NCBI GenBank assembly: GCA_964016885.1
Contig: OZ024744.1
Location: 123,938,001-124,002,000, forward strand
Direction: 5' to 3'
Source of the DNA: Eledone cirrhosa
Taxonomy: Eukaryota
DNA: 64,000 bases
The notes beneath the pieces were generated by a model. The model made no database searches. It was not told the DNA's origin and worked only from the letters and a program-made list of their open reading frames with translations. Positions 8,401-23,400 of the stretch are shown piece after piece. The position numbers and the translations under genes are program-made. Position 1 is the first letter of the stretch, and each line of letters begins with the position of its first letter.

Positions 8401-11400
8401 ATGTAGGACAATAGTCTGTAATAACTTGTCCAACCCATGCCAGGTAGGACAATAGTCTGTAATAACTTGTCCAACCCATGCCAGGTAGGACAATAGTCTG
8501 TAATAACTTGTCCAACCCATGTATGTAGGACAATAGTCTGTAATAACTTGTCCAACCCATGTATGTAGGACAATAGTCTGTAATAACTTGTCCAACCCAT
8601 GACAGGCAGGACAATAGTCTGTAATAACTTGTCCAACCCATGTATGTAGGACAATAGTCTGTAATAACTTGTCCAACCCATGTATGTAGGACAATAGTCT
8701 GTAATAACTTGTCCAACCCATGTATGTAGGACAATAGTCTGTAATAACTTGTCCAACCCATGTATGTAGGACAATAGTCTGTAATAACTTGTCCAACCCA
8801 TGACAGGTAGGACAATAGTCTGTAATAACTTGTCCAACCCATGACAGGCAGGACAATAGTCTGTAATAACTTGTCCAACCCATGTATGTAGGACAATAGT
8901 CTGTAATAACTTGCCCAACCCATGTATGTAGGACAATAGTCTCTAATAACTTGTCCAACCCATGTATGTAGGACAATAGTCTGTAATAACTTGTCCAACC
9001 CATGCCAGGTAGGACAATAGTCTGTAATAACTTGTCCAACCCATGCCAGGTAGGACAATAGTCTGTAATAACTTGTCCAACCCATGTATGTAGGACAATA
9101 GTCTGTAATAACTTGTCCAACCCATGTATGTAGGACAATAGTCTGTAATAACTTGTCCAACCCATGACAGGCAGGACAATAGTCTGTAATAACTTGTCCA
9201 ACCCATGTATGTAGGACAATAGTCTGTAATAACTTGCCCAACCCATGTATGTAGCACAATAGTCTGTAATATCTTGTCCAACCCATGACAGGTAGGACAA
9301 TAGTCTGTAATAATTTGTCCAACCCATGCCAGGTAGGACAATAGTCTGTAATAACTTGTCCAACCCATGTATGTAACACAATAGGCTGTAATATCTTGTC
9401 CAACCCATGACAGGTAGGACAATAGTCTGTAATAACTTGTCCAACCCATGCCAGGTAGGACAATAGTCTGTAATAACTTGTCCAACCCATGACAGGTAGG
9501 ACAATAGTCTGTAATAACTTGTCCAACCCATGTATGTAGGACAATAGTCTGTAATAACTTGTCCAACCCATGACAGGTAGGACAATAGTCTGTAATAACT
9601 TGTCCAACCCATGACAGGTAGGACAATAGTCTGTAATAACTTGTCCAACCCATGTATGTAGGACAATAGTCTGTAATAACTTGTCCAACCCATGTATGTA
9701 GGACAATAGTCTGTAATAACTTGTCCAACCCATGCCAGGTAGGACAATAGTCTGTAATAACTTGTCCAACCCATGACAGGTAGGACAATAGTCTGTAATA
9801 ACTTGTCCAACCCATGTATGTAGGACAATAGTCTGTAATAACTTGTCCAACCCATGTATGTAGCACAATAGTCTGTAATATCTTGTCCAACCCATGACAG
9901 GTAGGACAATAGTCTGTAATAATTTGTCCAGCCCATGCCAGGTAGGACAATAGTCTTTAATAACTTGTCCAACCCATGTATGTAACACAATAGGCTGTAA
10001 TATCTTGTCCAACCCATGACAGGTAGGACAATAGTCTGCAATAACTTGTCCAACCCATGCCAGGTAGGACAATAGTCTGTAATAACTTGTCCAACCCATG
10101 TATGTAGGACAATAGTCTGTAATAACTTGTCCAACCCATGACAGGTAGGACAATAGTCTGTAATAACTTGTCCAACCCATGACAGGTAGGACAATAGTCT
10201 GTAATAACTTGTCCAACCCATGTATGTAGGACAATAGTCTGTAATAACTTGTCCAACCCATATATGTAGCACAATAGTCTGTAATATCTTCTCCAACCCA
10301 TGACAGGTAGGACAATAGTCTGTAATAACTTGTCCAACCCATGTCAGGTAGGACAATAGTCTGTAATAACTTGTCCAACCCATGACAGGTAGGACAATAG
10401 TCTGTAATAACTTCTCCAACCCATGTATGAAGGACAATAGTCTGTAATAACTTGTCCAACCCATGCCAGCTAGGACAATAGTCTGTAATAACTTGTCCAA
10501 CCCATGTATGTAGGACAATAGTCTGTAATAACTTGTCCAATCCATGTATGTAGGACAATAGTCTGTAATAACTGTCCAACCCATGTATGTAGGACAATAG
10601 TCTGTAATAACGTGTCCAACCCATGACAGGTAGGATAATAGTCTGTAATAACTTGTCCAACCCATGCCAGGTAGGACAATAGTCTGTAATAACTTGTCCA
10701 ACCCATGTATGTAGGACAATAGCCTGTAATAACTTGTCCAACCCATGACAGGTAGGACAATAGTCTATAATAACTTGTCCAACCCATGCTAGGTAGTACA
10801 ATAGTCTATAATAACTTGTCCAACCCATGTATGTAGGACAATAGTCTGTAGTAACTTGTCCAACCCATGTATGTAGGACAATAGTCTGTAATAACTTGTC
10901 CAACCCATGACAGGTAGGACAATAGTCTGTAATAACTTGTCCAACCCATGACAGGTAGGAAAATAGTCTGTAATAACTTGTCCAACCCATGACAGGTAGG
11001 AAAATAGTCTGTAATAACTTGTCCAACCCATGTATGTAGGACAATAGTCTGTAATAACTTGTCCAACCCATGTATGTAGGACAATAGTCTGTAATAACTT
11101 GTCCAACCCATGACAGGTAGGACAATAGTCTGTAATAACTTGTCCAACCCATGACAGGTAGGAAAATAGTCTGTAATAACTTGTCCAACCCATGCTAGGT
11201 AGTACAATAGTCTATAATAACTTGTCCAACCCATGTGTGTAGGACAATAGTCTGTAATAACTTGTCCAACCCATGTATGTAGGACAATAGTCTGTAATAA
11301 CTTGCCCAACCCATGTATGTAGGACAATAGTCTGTAATAACTTGTCCAACCCATGTATGTAGGACAATAGTCTGTAATAACTTGTCCAACCCATGCCAGG

Positions 11401-14400
11401 TAGGACAATAGTCTGTAATAACTTGTCCAACCCATGTATGTAGGACAATAGTCTGTAATAACTTGTCCAACCCATGCCAGGTTGAACAATAGTCTGTAAT
11501 AACTTGTCCAGCCCATGCCAGGTAGGACAATAGTCTGTAATAACTTGTCCAACCCATGACTGGTAGGACAATAGTCTGTAATAACTTGTCCAACCCATGT
11601 ATGTAGGACAATAGTCTGTAATAACTTGTCCAACCCATGACAGGTAGGGCAATAGTCTGTAATAACTTGTCCAACACATGTATGTAGGACAATAGTCTGT
11701 AATAACTTGTCCAACCCATGTATGTAGGACAATAGTCTGTAATAACTTCTCCAACCCATGTATGTAGCACAATAGTCTGTAATATCTTGTCCAACCCATG
11801 ACAGGTAGGACAATAGTCTGTAATAACTTGTCCAACCCATGCCAGGTAGGACAATAGTCTGTAATAACTTGTCCAACCCATGTATGTAGGACAATAGTCT
11901 GTAATATCTTGTCCAACCCATGACAGGGAGGACAATAGTCTGTAATAACTTGTCCAACCCATGCCAGGTAGGACAATAGTCTGTAATAACTTGTCCAACC
12001 CATGTATGTAGGACAATAGTCTGCAATAACTTGTCCAACCCATGACGGGTAGGACAATAGTCTGTAATATCTTGTCCAACCCATGTATGTAGGACAATAG
12101 TCTGTAATAACATGTCTAACCCATGACAGGTAGGACAATAGTCTGTAATAACTTGTCCAACCCATGTATGTAGGACAATAGTCTGTAATAACTTATCCAA
12201 CCCATGTATGTAGGACAATAGTCTGTAATAACTTGTCCAACTCATGTATGTAGGACAATAGTCTGTAATAACTTGTCCAACCCATGACAGGTAGGGCAAT
12301 AGTCTGTAATAACTTGTCCAACCCATGTATGTAGGACAATAGTCTGTAATAACTTGTCCAACCTATGACAGGTAGGTCAATAGTCTGTAATAACTAGTCC
12401 AACCCATGCCAGGTAGGACAATAGTCTGTAATAACTTGTCCAACCCATGACAGGTAGGACAATAGTCTGTAATAACTTGTCCAACCCATGACAGGTAGGA
12501 CAACAGTCTGTAATAACTTGTCCAACCCATGACAGGTAGGACAATAGTCTGTAATAACTTGTCCAACCCATGACAGGTAGGACAATAGTCTGTAATAACT
12601 TGTCCTACCCATGACAGGTAGGACAATAGTCTGTAATAACTTGTCCAAGCCATGACAGGTAGGACAATAGTCCGTAATAGCTTGTCCAACCCATGAATGT
12701 AGGACAATAGTCTGTAATAACTTGTCCAACCCATGACAGGTAGGACAATAGTCTGTAATAACTTGTCCAACCCATGTATGTAGGACAATAGTCTGTAATA
12801 ACTTGTCCAACCCATGACAGGTAGGACAATAGTCTGTAATAATTTGTCTCGCCCATGAAAGGTAGGACAATAGTCTGTAATAACTTGTCCAACCCATGTA
12901 TGTAGGACAATACTCTGAAATAACTTGTCCAACCCATGTATGTAGGACAATAGTCTGTAATAACTTGTCCAACCCATGTATGTAGGACAATAGTCTATAA
13001 TAACTTGTCTAACCCATGACAGGTAGGACAATAGTCTGTAGTAACTTGTCCAACCCATGTATGTAGGACAATAGTCTGTAATAATTTGTCTCGCCCATGA
13101 CAGGTAGTACAATAGTCTGTAATAACTTGTCCAACCCATGTATGTAGGACAATAGTCTGTAATAACTCGTCCAACCCATGTATGTAGGACAATAGTCTGT
13201 AATAACTTGTCTCGCCCTTGACAGGTAGGACAATAGTCTGTAGTAACTTGTCCAACCAATGACAGGTAGGGCAATAGTCTTTAATAACTTGTCCAACCCA
13301 TGTATGTAGGACAATAGTCTGTAATAACTTGTCCAACCCATGTATGTAGGACAAAGTCTGTAATAACTTGTCCAACCCATGACAGGTAGGACAATAGTCT
13401 GCAATAACTTGTCCAACCCATGTATGTAGAACAATAGTCTGTAATAACTTGTCCAACCCATGACAGGTAGGACAATAGTCTGTAATAACTTGTCCAACCC
13501 ATGACAGGTAGGACAATAGTCTGTAATAACTTGTCCAACCCATGACAGGTAGGACAATAGTCTGTAATAACTTGTCCAACCCATGACACGTAAGACGATA
13601 GTCTGTAATAACTTATCCAACCCATGACAGGTAGGACAATAGTCTGTAATAACTTGTCCAACCCATGTATGTAGAACAATAGTCTGTAATAACTTGTCCA
13701 ACCCATGACAGGTAGGACAATAGTCTGTAATAATTTGTCCAACCCATGTATGTAGAACAATAGTCTGTAATAACTTGTCCAACCCATGACAGGTAAGACA
13801 ATAGTCTGTAATAACTTATCCAACCCATGACAGGTAGGACAATAGTCTGTAATAACTTGTCCAACCCATGACAGGTAAGACAATAGTCTGTAATAACTTG
13901 TCCAACCCATGACAGGTAGGACAATAGTCTGTAATAACTTGTCCAAACCATGACAGGTAGGAAATAGTCTGTAATAACGTGTCCAACCCATGCCAGGTAG
14001 GACAATAGTCTGTAATAACTTGTCCAACCCATGACAGGTAAGACAATAGTCTGTAATAACTTGTCCAACCCATGACAGGTAGGACAATAGTCTGTAATAA
14101 CTTGTCCAAACCATGACAGGTAGGAAATAGTCTGTAATAACTTGTCCAACCCATGACAGGTAGGACAATAGTCTGTAATAACTTGTCCAACCCATGACAG
14201 GTAGGACAATAGTCTGTAATAATTTGTCCAACCCATGACAGGTAAGACAATAGTCTGTAATAATTTATCCAACCCATGACAGGTAGGACAATAGTCTGTA
14301 ATAACTTGTCCAACCCATGTATGTAGAACAATAGTCTGTAATAACTTGTACAACCCATGACAGGTAGGACAATACTCTGTAATACCTCGTCCAACCCGTG

Positions 14401-17400
14401 ACAGGTAGGACAATAGTCTGTAATAACTTGTCCAACCCATGACAGGTAGGACAATAGTCTGTAATAACATGTCCAACCCATGTATATAGGACAATAGTCT
14501 GTAATAACTTGTCCAACCCATGTATTTAGGACAATAGTCTGTAATAAGTTGTCCAACCCATGTATATAGGACGATAGTCTGTAATAACTTGTCCAACCCA
14601 TGTATGTAGGACAATAGTCTGTAATAACTTGTCCAACCCATGACAGGTAGGTCAATCGTCTGTAATAACTTGTCCAACCCATGATAGGTAAGACAATAGT
14701 CTGTAATAACTTGTCCAACCCATGACATGTAGGACAATAGTCTGTAATAACTTGTCCAACCCATGTATGTAGGACAATAGTCTGTAATAACTTGTCCAAC
14801 CCATGACAGGTAGGACGATAGTCTGTAATAACTTGTCCAACCCATGTATGTAGGACAATAGTCTGTAATAACTTGTCCAACCCATGACAGGTAGGACAAT
14901 AGTCTGTAATAACTTGTCCAACCCATGTATGTAGGACAATAGTCTGTAATAACTTGTCCAACCCATGACAGGTAGGACAATAGTCTGTACTAACTTGTCC
15001 AACCCATGACAGGTATGACAATAGTCTGTAATAACTTGTCAAACCCATGACAGGTAGGACAATAGTCTGTAATAACTTGTCCAACCAATGAGAGGTAGGA
15101 CAACAGTTTGTAATAACTTGTCCAACCCATGACAGGTAGGACAATAGTCTGTAATAGCTTGTCCAACCAATGAGAGGTAGGACAATAGTTTGTAATAACT
15201 TGTCCAACCCATGACAAGTAGGACAATAGTCTGTAATACCTTGTCCAACCAATGACAGGTAGGACAATAGTCTGTAATAACTTGTTCAACCCATGTATGT
15301 AGGACAATAGTCTGTAATAACTTGTCCAACCCATTACAGGTAGGACAATAGTCTGTAATAACTTGTCCTACCCATGACAGGTAGGACAATAGTCTGTAAT
15401 AACTTGTCCAACCCATGACAGCTAGGACAATAGTCTGTAATAGCTTGTCCAACCCATGACAGGTAGGACAATAGTCTGTAATAACTTGTCCAACCCATGA
15501 CATGTAGGACAATAGTCTGTAATAACTTGTCCAACCCATGACAGGTAGGACAATAGTCTGTAATACCTCGTGCAACCTATGACAAGTGGGACAATAGTCT
15601 GTAATAACTTGTCCAACCCATGACAGGTAGGACAATAGTCTGTAATAACATGTCCAACCCATGTATATAGGACAATAGTCTGTAATAACTTGTCCAACCC
15701 ATGTATGTAGGACAATAGTCTGTATTAATTTGTCCAACCCATGTATGTGGGACAATAGTCTGTAATAACTTGTCCAACCCATGACAGGTAGGACAATAGT
15801 TTGTAATATCTTGTCCAACCCATGTATGTAGGACAATAGTCTGTAATAATTTGTCGAACCCATGCCAGGTAGGACAATAGTCTGTAATAACTTGTCCAAC
15901 CCATGTATGTAACACAATAGTCTGTAATAACTTGTCCAACCCATGACAGGTAGGACAATAGTCTGTAATAACTTGTCCAAACCATGACAGGTAGGGCAAT
16001 AGTCTGTAATAACTTGTCCAACCCATGACAGATAGGACAATAGTGTGTAATACCTCGTCCAACCCATGACAGGTAGGACAACAGTCTGTAATAACTTGTC
16101 CAACCCATGTATATAGGACAATAGTCTGTAATAACTTGTCCAACCCATGTATGTAGGACAATAGTCTGTAATAACTTGTCCAACCCATGTATGTAGGACA
16201 ATAGTCTGTAATAACTTGTCTCGCCCATGACAGGTAGGACAATAGTCTGTAATAACTTGTCCAACCCATGTATGTAGGACAAAAGTCTGTAATAACTTGT
16301 CTCGCCCTTGACATGTAGGACAATAGTCTGTAATAACTTCTCCAACCCATGACAGATAGGACAATAGTCTGTAATAACTTGTCCAACCATTGACAGGTAG
16401 GACAATAGTCTGTAATAACTTGTCCAACCCATGACAGGTAGGACAATAGTCTGTAATAACTTGTCCAACCCATGACAGGTAGGACAATAGTCTGTAATAA
16501 CTTGTCCAACCCATGTATGTAGGACAATAGTCTGTAATAACTTGTCCAACCCATGTATGTAGGATAATAGTCTGTAATAACTTGTCCAACCCATGACAGG
16601 TAGGATAATAGTCTGTAATAACTTGTCCAACCCATGACAGGTAGGACAATAGTCTGTAATAACTTGTCCAACCCATGTATGTAGAACAATAGTCTGTAAT
16701 AACTTGTCCAACCCATGACAAGTAGGACAATAGTCTGTAGTAACTTGTCCAACCCATGACAGGTAGGACAATAGTCTGTAATAACTTGTCCAACCCATGA
16801 CAGGTAGGACAATAGTCTGTAATAACTTGTCCAACCCATGTATGTAGAACAATAGTCTGTAATAACTTGTCCAACCCATGACAAGTAGGACAATAGTCTG
16901 TAATAACTTGTCCAACCCATGACAGGTAGGACAATAGTCTGTAATAACTTGTCCAACCCATGACAGGTAGGACAATAGTCTGTAATAATTTGTCCATCCC
17001 ATGTATGTAGGACAATAGTCTGTAATAACTTGTCGAACCCATGACAGGTAGGACTATAGTCTGTAATAACTTGTCCAACCCATGACAGGTAAGACAATAG
17101 TTTGTAATAACTTATCCAACCCATGACAGGTAGGACAATAGTCTGTAATAACTTGTCCAACCCATGCCAGGTAGGACAATAGTCTGTAATAACTTGTCTA
17201 ACCCATGACAGGTAAGACAATAGTCTGTAATAACTTGTCCAACGCATGACAGGTAGGACAATAGTCTGTAATAACTTGTCCAACCCATGACAGGTAGGAA
17301 ATAGTCTGTAATAACTTGTCCAACCCATGACAGGTAGGACAATAGTTTGTAATAACTTGTCCACCCCATGACAGGTAGGACAATAGTCTGTTATAACTTG

Positions 17401-20400
17401 TCCAACCCATGTATATAGGACGATAGTCTGTAATAACTTGTCCAACCCATGTATGTAGGACAATAGTCTGTAATAACTTGTCCAACCCATGACAGGTAGG
17501 ACAAGAGTCTGTAACACCTCGTCCAACCCATGACAGGTAGGACAATAGTCTGTAATAACTTGTCCAACCCATGACAGGTAGGACAATAGTCTGTAATAAC
17601 TCGTCCAACCCATGTATGTAGGACTATAGTCTGTAATAACTTGTCCAACCCATGACAGGTAAGACAATATTCTGTAATAACTTGTCCAACCCATGACAGG
17701 TAGGACAATAGTCTGTAATAACTCGTCCAACCCATGTATGTAGGACAATAGTCTGTAATAACTCGTCCAACCCATGACAGGTAAGACAATAGTCTATAAT
17801 AACTTGTCCAACCCATGCCAGGTAGGACAATAGTCTGTAATAACTCGTCTAACCCATGTATGCAGGACAATAGTCTGTAATAACTTGTCCAACCCATGAC
17901 AGGTAGGACAATAGTCTGTAATAACTTGTCCAAACCATGACAGGTAGGAAATAGTCTTTAATAACTTGTCCAACCCATGACAGGTAGGACAATAGTCTGT
18001 AATAACTTGTCCAACCCATGACAGGTAGGACAATAGTCTGTAATAATTTGTCCAACCCATGACAGGTAAGACAATAGTCTGTAATAATTTATCCAACCCA
18101 TGACAGGTAGGACAATAGTCTGTAATAACTTGTCCAACCCATGTATGTAGAACAATAGTCTGTAATAACTTGTCCAACCCATGACAGGTAGGACAATACT
18201 CTGTAATAGCTCGTCCAACCCGTGACAGGTAGGACAATAGTCTGTAATAACTTGTCCAACCCATGACAGGTAGGACAATAGTCTGTAATAACATGTCCAA
18301 CCCATGTATATAGGACAATAGTCTGTAATAACTTGTCCAACCCATGTATGTAGGACAATAGTCTGTAATAACTTGTCCAACCCATGACAGGTAGGACAAT
18401 AGTCTGTAATAACTTGTCCAACCAATGAGAGGTAGGACAATAGTTTGTAATAACTTGTCCAACCCATGACAGGTAGGACAATAGTCTGTAATAACTTGTC
18501 CAACCAATGAGAGGTAGGACAACAGTTTGTAATAACTTGTCCAACCCATGACAGGTAAGACAATAGTCTGTAATAACTTGTCCAACCCATGTATGTAGGA
18601 CAATAGTCTGTAATAACTTGTCCAACCCATGACAGGTAGGACGATAGTCTGTAATAACTTGTCCAACCCATGTATGTAGGACAATAGTCTGTAATAACTT
18701 GTCCAACCCATGACAGGTAGGACAATAGTCTGTAATAACTTGTCCAACCCATGTATGTAGGACAATAGTCTGTAATAACTTGTCCAACCCATGACAGGTA
18801 GGACAATAGTCTGTAATAACTTGTCCAACCCATGACAGGTAGGACAATAGTTTGTAATAACTTGTCAAACCCATGACAGGTAGGACAATAGTCTGTAATA
18901 ACTTGTCCAACCAATGAGAGGTAGGACAACAGTTTGTAATAACTTGTCCAACCCATGACAGGTAAGACAATAGTCTGTAATACCTTGTCCAACCAATGAG
19001 AGGTAGGACAATAGTTTGTAATAACTTGTCCAACCCATGACAGGTAGGACAATAGTCTGTAATACCTTGTCCAACCAATGACAGGTAGGACAATAGTCTG
19101 TAATAACTTGTTCAACCCATGTATGTAGGACAATAGTCTGTAATAACTTGTCCTACCCATGACAGGTAGGACAATAGTCTGTAATAACTTGTCCAACCCA
19201 TGACAGCTAGGACAATAGTCTGTAATAGCTTGTCCAACCCATGACAGGTAGAACAATAGTCTGTAATAACTTGTCCAACCCATGACAGGTAGGACAATAG
19301 TCTGTAATACCTTGTCCAACCAATGACAGGTAGGACGATAGTCTGTAATACCTCGTGCAACCCATGACAAGTAGGACAATAGTCTGTAATAACTTGTCCA
19401 ACCCATGACAGGTAGGACAATAGTCTGTAATACCTTGTCCAACCAATGACAGGTAGGACAATAGTCTGTAATACCTCGTGCAACCTATGACAAGTAGGAC
19501 AATAGTCTGTAATAACTTGTCCAACCCATGACAGGTAGGACAATAGTCTGTAATAACATGTCCAACCCATGTATATAGGAGAATAGTCTGTAATAACTTG
19601 TCCAACCCATGTATGTAGGACAATAGTCTGTATTAATTTGTCCAACCCATGTATGTGGGACAATAGTCTGTAATAACTTGTCCAACCCATGACAGGTAGG
19701 ACAATAGTTTGTAATATCTTGTCCAACCCATGTATGTAGGACAATAGTCTGTAATAATTTGTCGAACCCATGCCAGGTAGGACAATAGTCTGTAATAACT
19801 TGTCCAACCCATGTATGTAGCACAATAGTCTGTAATAACTTGTCCAACCCATGACAGGTAGGACAATAGTCTGTAATAACTTGTCCAAACCATGACAGGT
19901 AGGGCAATAGTCTGTAATAACTTGTCCAACCCATGACAGATAGGACAACAGTCTGTAATAACTTGTCCAACCCATGTATATAGGACAATAGTCTGTAATA
20001 ACTTGTCCAACCCATGTATGTAGGACAATAGTCTGTAATAACTTGTCCAACCCATGTATGTAGGACAATAGTCTGTAATAACTTGTCTCGCCCATGACAG
20101 GTAGGACAATAGTCTGTAATAACTTGTCCAACCCATGTATGTAGGACAAAAGTCTGTAATAACTTGTCTCGCCCTTGACATATAGGACAATAGTCTGTAA
20201 TAACTTCTCCAACCCATGACAGATAGGACAATAGTCTGTAATAACTTGTCCAACCATTGACAGGTAGGACAATAGTCTGTAATAACTTGTCCAACCCATG
20301 ACAGGTAGGACAATAGTCTGTAATAACTTGTCCAACCCATGACAGGTAGGACAATAGTCTGTAATAACTTGTCCAACCCATGTATGTAGGACAATAGTCT

Positions 20401-23400
20401 GTAATAACTTGTCCTACCCATGTATGGAGGACAATAGACTGTAATAACTTGTCCAACCCATGTATGTAGGATAATAGTCTGTAATAACTTGTCCAACCCA
20501 TGACAGGTAGGATAATAGTCTGTAATAACTTGTCCAACCCATGACAGGTAGGACAATAGTCTGTAATAACTTGTCCAACCCATGTATGTAGAACAATAGT
20601 CTGTAATAACTTGTCCAACCCATGACAAGTAGGACAATAGTCTGTAGTAACTTGTCCAACCCATGACAGGTAGGACAATAGTCTGTAATAACTTGTCCAA
20701 CCCATGACAGGTAGGACAATAGTCTGTAATAACTTGTCCAACCCATGTATGTAGAACAATAGTCTGTAATAACTTGTCCAACCCATGACAAGTAGGACAA
20801 TAGTCTGTAATAACTTGTCCAACCCATGACAGGTAGGACAATAGTCTGTAATAACTTGTCCAACCCATGACAGGTAGGACAATAGTCTGTAATAATTTGT
20901 CCATCCCATGTATGTAGGACAATAGTCTGTAATAACTTGTCGAACCCATGACAGGTAGGACTATAGTCTGTAATAACTTGTCCAACCCATGACGGGTAAG
21001 ACAATAGTTTGTAATAACTTATCCAACCCATGACAGGTAGGACAATAGTCTGTAATAACTTGTCCAACCCATGCCAGGTAGGACAATAGTCTGTAATAAC
21101 TTGTCTAACCCATGACAGGTAAGACAATAGTCTGTAATAACTTGTCCAACGCATGACAGGTAGGACAATAGTCTGTAATAACTTGTCCAACCCATGACAG
21201 GTAGGAAATAGTCTGTAATAACTTGTCCAACCCATGACAGGTAGGACAATAGTTTGTAATAACTTGTCCACCCCATGACAGGTAGGACAATAGTCTGTTA
21301 TAACTTGTCCAACCCATGTATATAGGACGATAGTCTGTAATAACTTGTCCAACCCATGTATGTAGGACAATAGTCTGTAATAACTTGTCCAACCCATGAC
21401 AGGTAGGACAAGAGTCTGTAACACCTCGTCCAACCCATGACAGGTAGGACAATAGTCTGTAATAACTTGTCCAACCCATGACAGGTAGGACAATAGTCTG
21501 TAATAACTCGTCCAACCCATGTATGTAGGACTATAGTCTGTAATAACTTGTCCAACCCATGACAGGTAAGACAATATTCTGTAATAACTTGTCCAAACCA
21601 TGACAGGTAGGACAATAGTCTGTAATAACTCGTCCAACCCATGTATGTAGGACAATAGTCTGTAATAACTCGTCCAACCCATGACAGGTAAGACAATAGT
21701 CTATAATAACTTGTCCAACCCATGCCATGTAGGACAATAGTCTAATAACTCGTCTAACCCATGTATGTAGGACAATAGTCTGTAATAACTTGTCCAACCC
21801 ATGACAGGTAGGACAATAGTCTGTAATAACTTGTCCAAACCATGACAGGTAGGAAATAGTCTTTAATAACTTGTCCAACCCATGACAGGTAGGACAATAG
21901 TCTGTAATAACTTGTCCAACCCATGACAGGTAGGACAATAGTCTGTAATAATTTGTCCAACCCATGACAGGTAAGACAATAGTCTGTAATAATTTATCCA
22001 ACCCATGACAGGTAGGACAATAGTCTGTAATAACTTGTCCAACCCATGTATGTAGAACAATAGTCTGTAATAACTTGTCCAACCCATGACAGGTAGGACA
22101 ATACTCTGTAATAGCTCGTCCAACCCGTGACAGGTAGGACAATAGTCTGTAATAACTTGTCCAACCCATGACAGGTAGGACAATAGTCTGTAATAACATG
22201 TCCAACCCATGTATATAGGACAATAGTCTGTAATAACTTGTCCAACCCATGTATGTAGGACAATAGTCTGTAATAACTTGTCCAACCCATGACAGGTAGG
22301 ACAATAGTCTGTAATAACTTGTCCAACCAATGAGAGGTAGGACAATAGTTTGTAATAACTTGTCCAACCCATGACAGGTAGGACAATAGTCTGTAATAAC
22401 TTGTCCAACCAATGAGAGGTAGGACAACAGTTTGTAATAACTTGTCCAACCCATGACAGGTAAGACAATAGTCTGTAATAACTTGTCCAACCCATGTATG
22501 TAGGACAATAGTCTGTAATAACTTGTCCAACCCATGACAGGTAGGACGATAGTCTGTAATAACTTGTCCAACCCATGTATGTAGGACAATAGTCTGTAAT
22601 AACTTGTCCAACCCATGACAGGTAGGACAATAGTCTGTAATAACTTGTCCAACCCATGTATGTAGGACAATAGTCTGTAATAACTTGTCCAACCCATGAC
22701 AGGTAGGACAATAGTCTGTACTAACTTGTCCAACCCATGACAGGTAGGACAATAGTTTGTAATAACTTGTCAAACCCATGACAGGTAGGACAATAGTCTG
22801 TAATAACTTGTCCAACCAATGAGAGGTAGGACAACAGTTTGTAATAACTTGTCCAACCCATGACAGGTAAGACAATAGTCTGTAATACCTTGTCCAACCA
22901 ATGAGAGGTAGGACAATAGTTTGTAATAACTTGTCCAACCCATGACAGGTAGGACAATAGTCTGTAATACCTTGTCCAACCAATGACAGGTAGGACAATA
23001 GTCTGTAATAACTTGTTCAACCCATGTATGTAGGACAATAGTCTGTAATAACTTGTCCTACCCATGACAGGTAGGACAATAGTCTGTAATAACTTGTCCA
23101 ACCCATGACAGCTAGGACAATAGTCTGTAATAGCTTGTCCAACCCATGACAGGTAGAACAATAGTCTGTAATAACTTGTCCAACCCATGACAGGTAGGAC
23201 AATAGTCTGTAATACCTTGTCCAACCAATGACAGGTAGGACGATAGTCTGTAATACCTCGTGCAACCCATGACAAGTAGGACAATAGTCTGTAATAACTT
23301 GTCCAACCCATGACAGGTAGGACAATAGTCTGTAATAACATGTCCAACCCATGTATATAGGACAATAGTCTGTAATAACTTGTCCAACCCATGTATGTAG

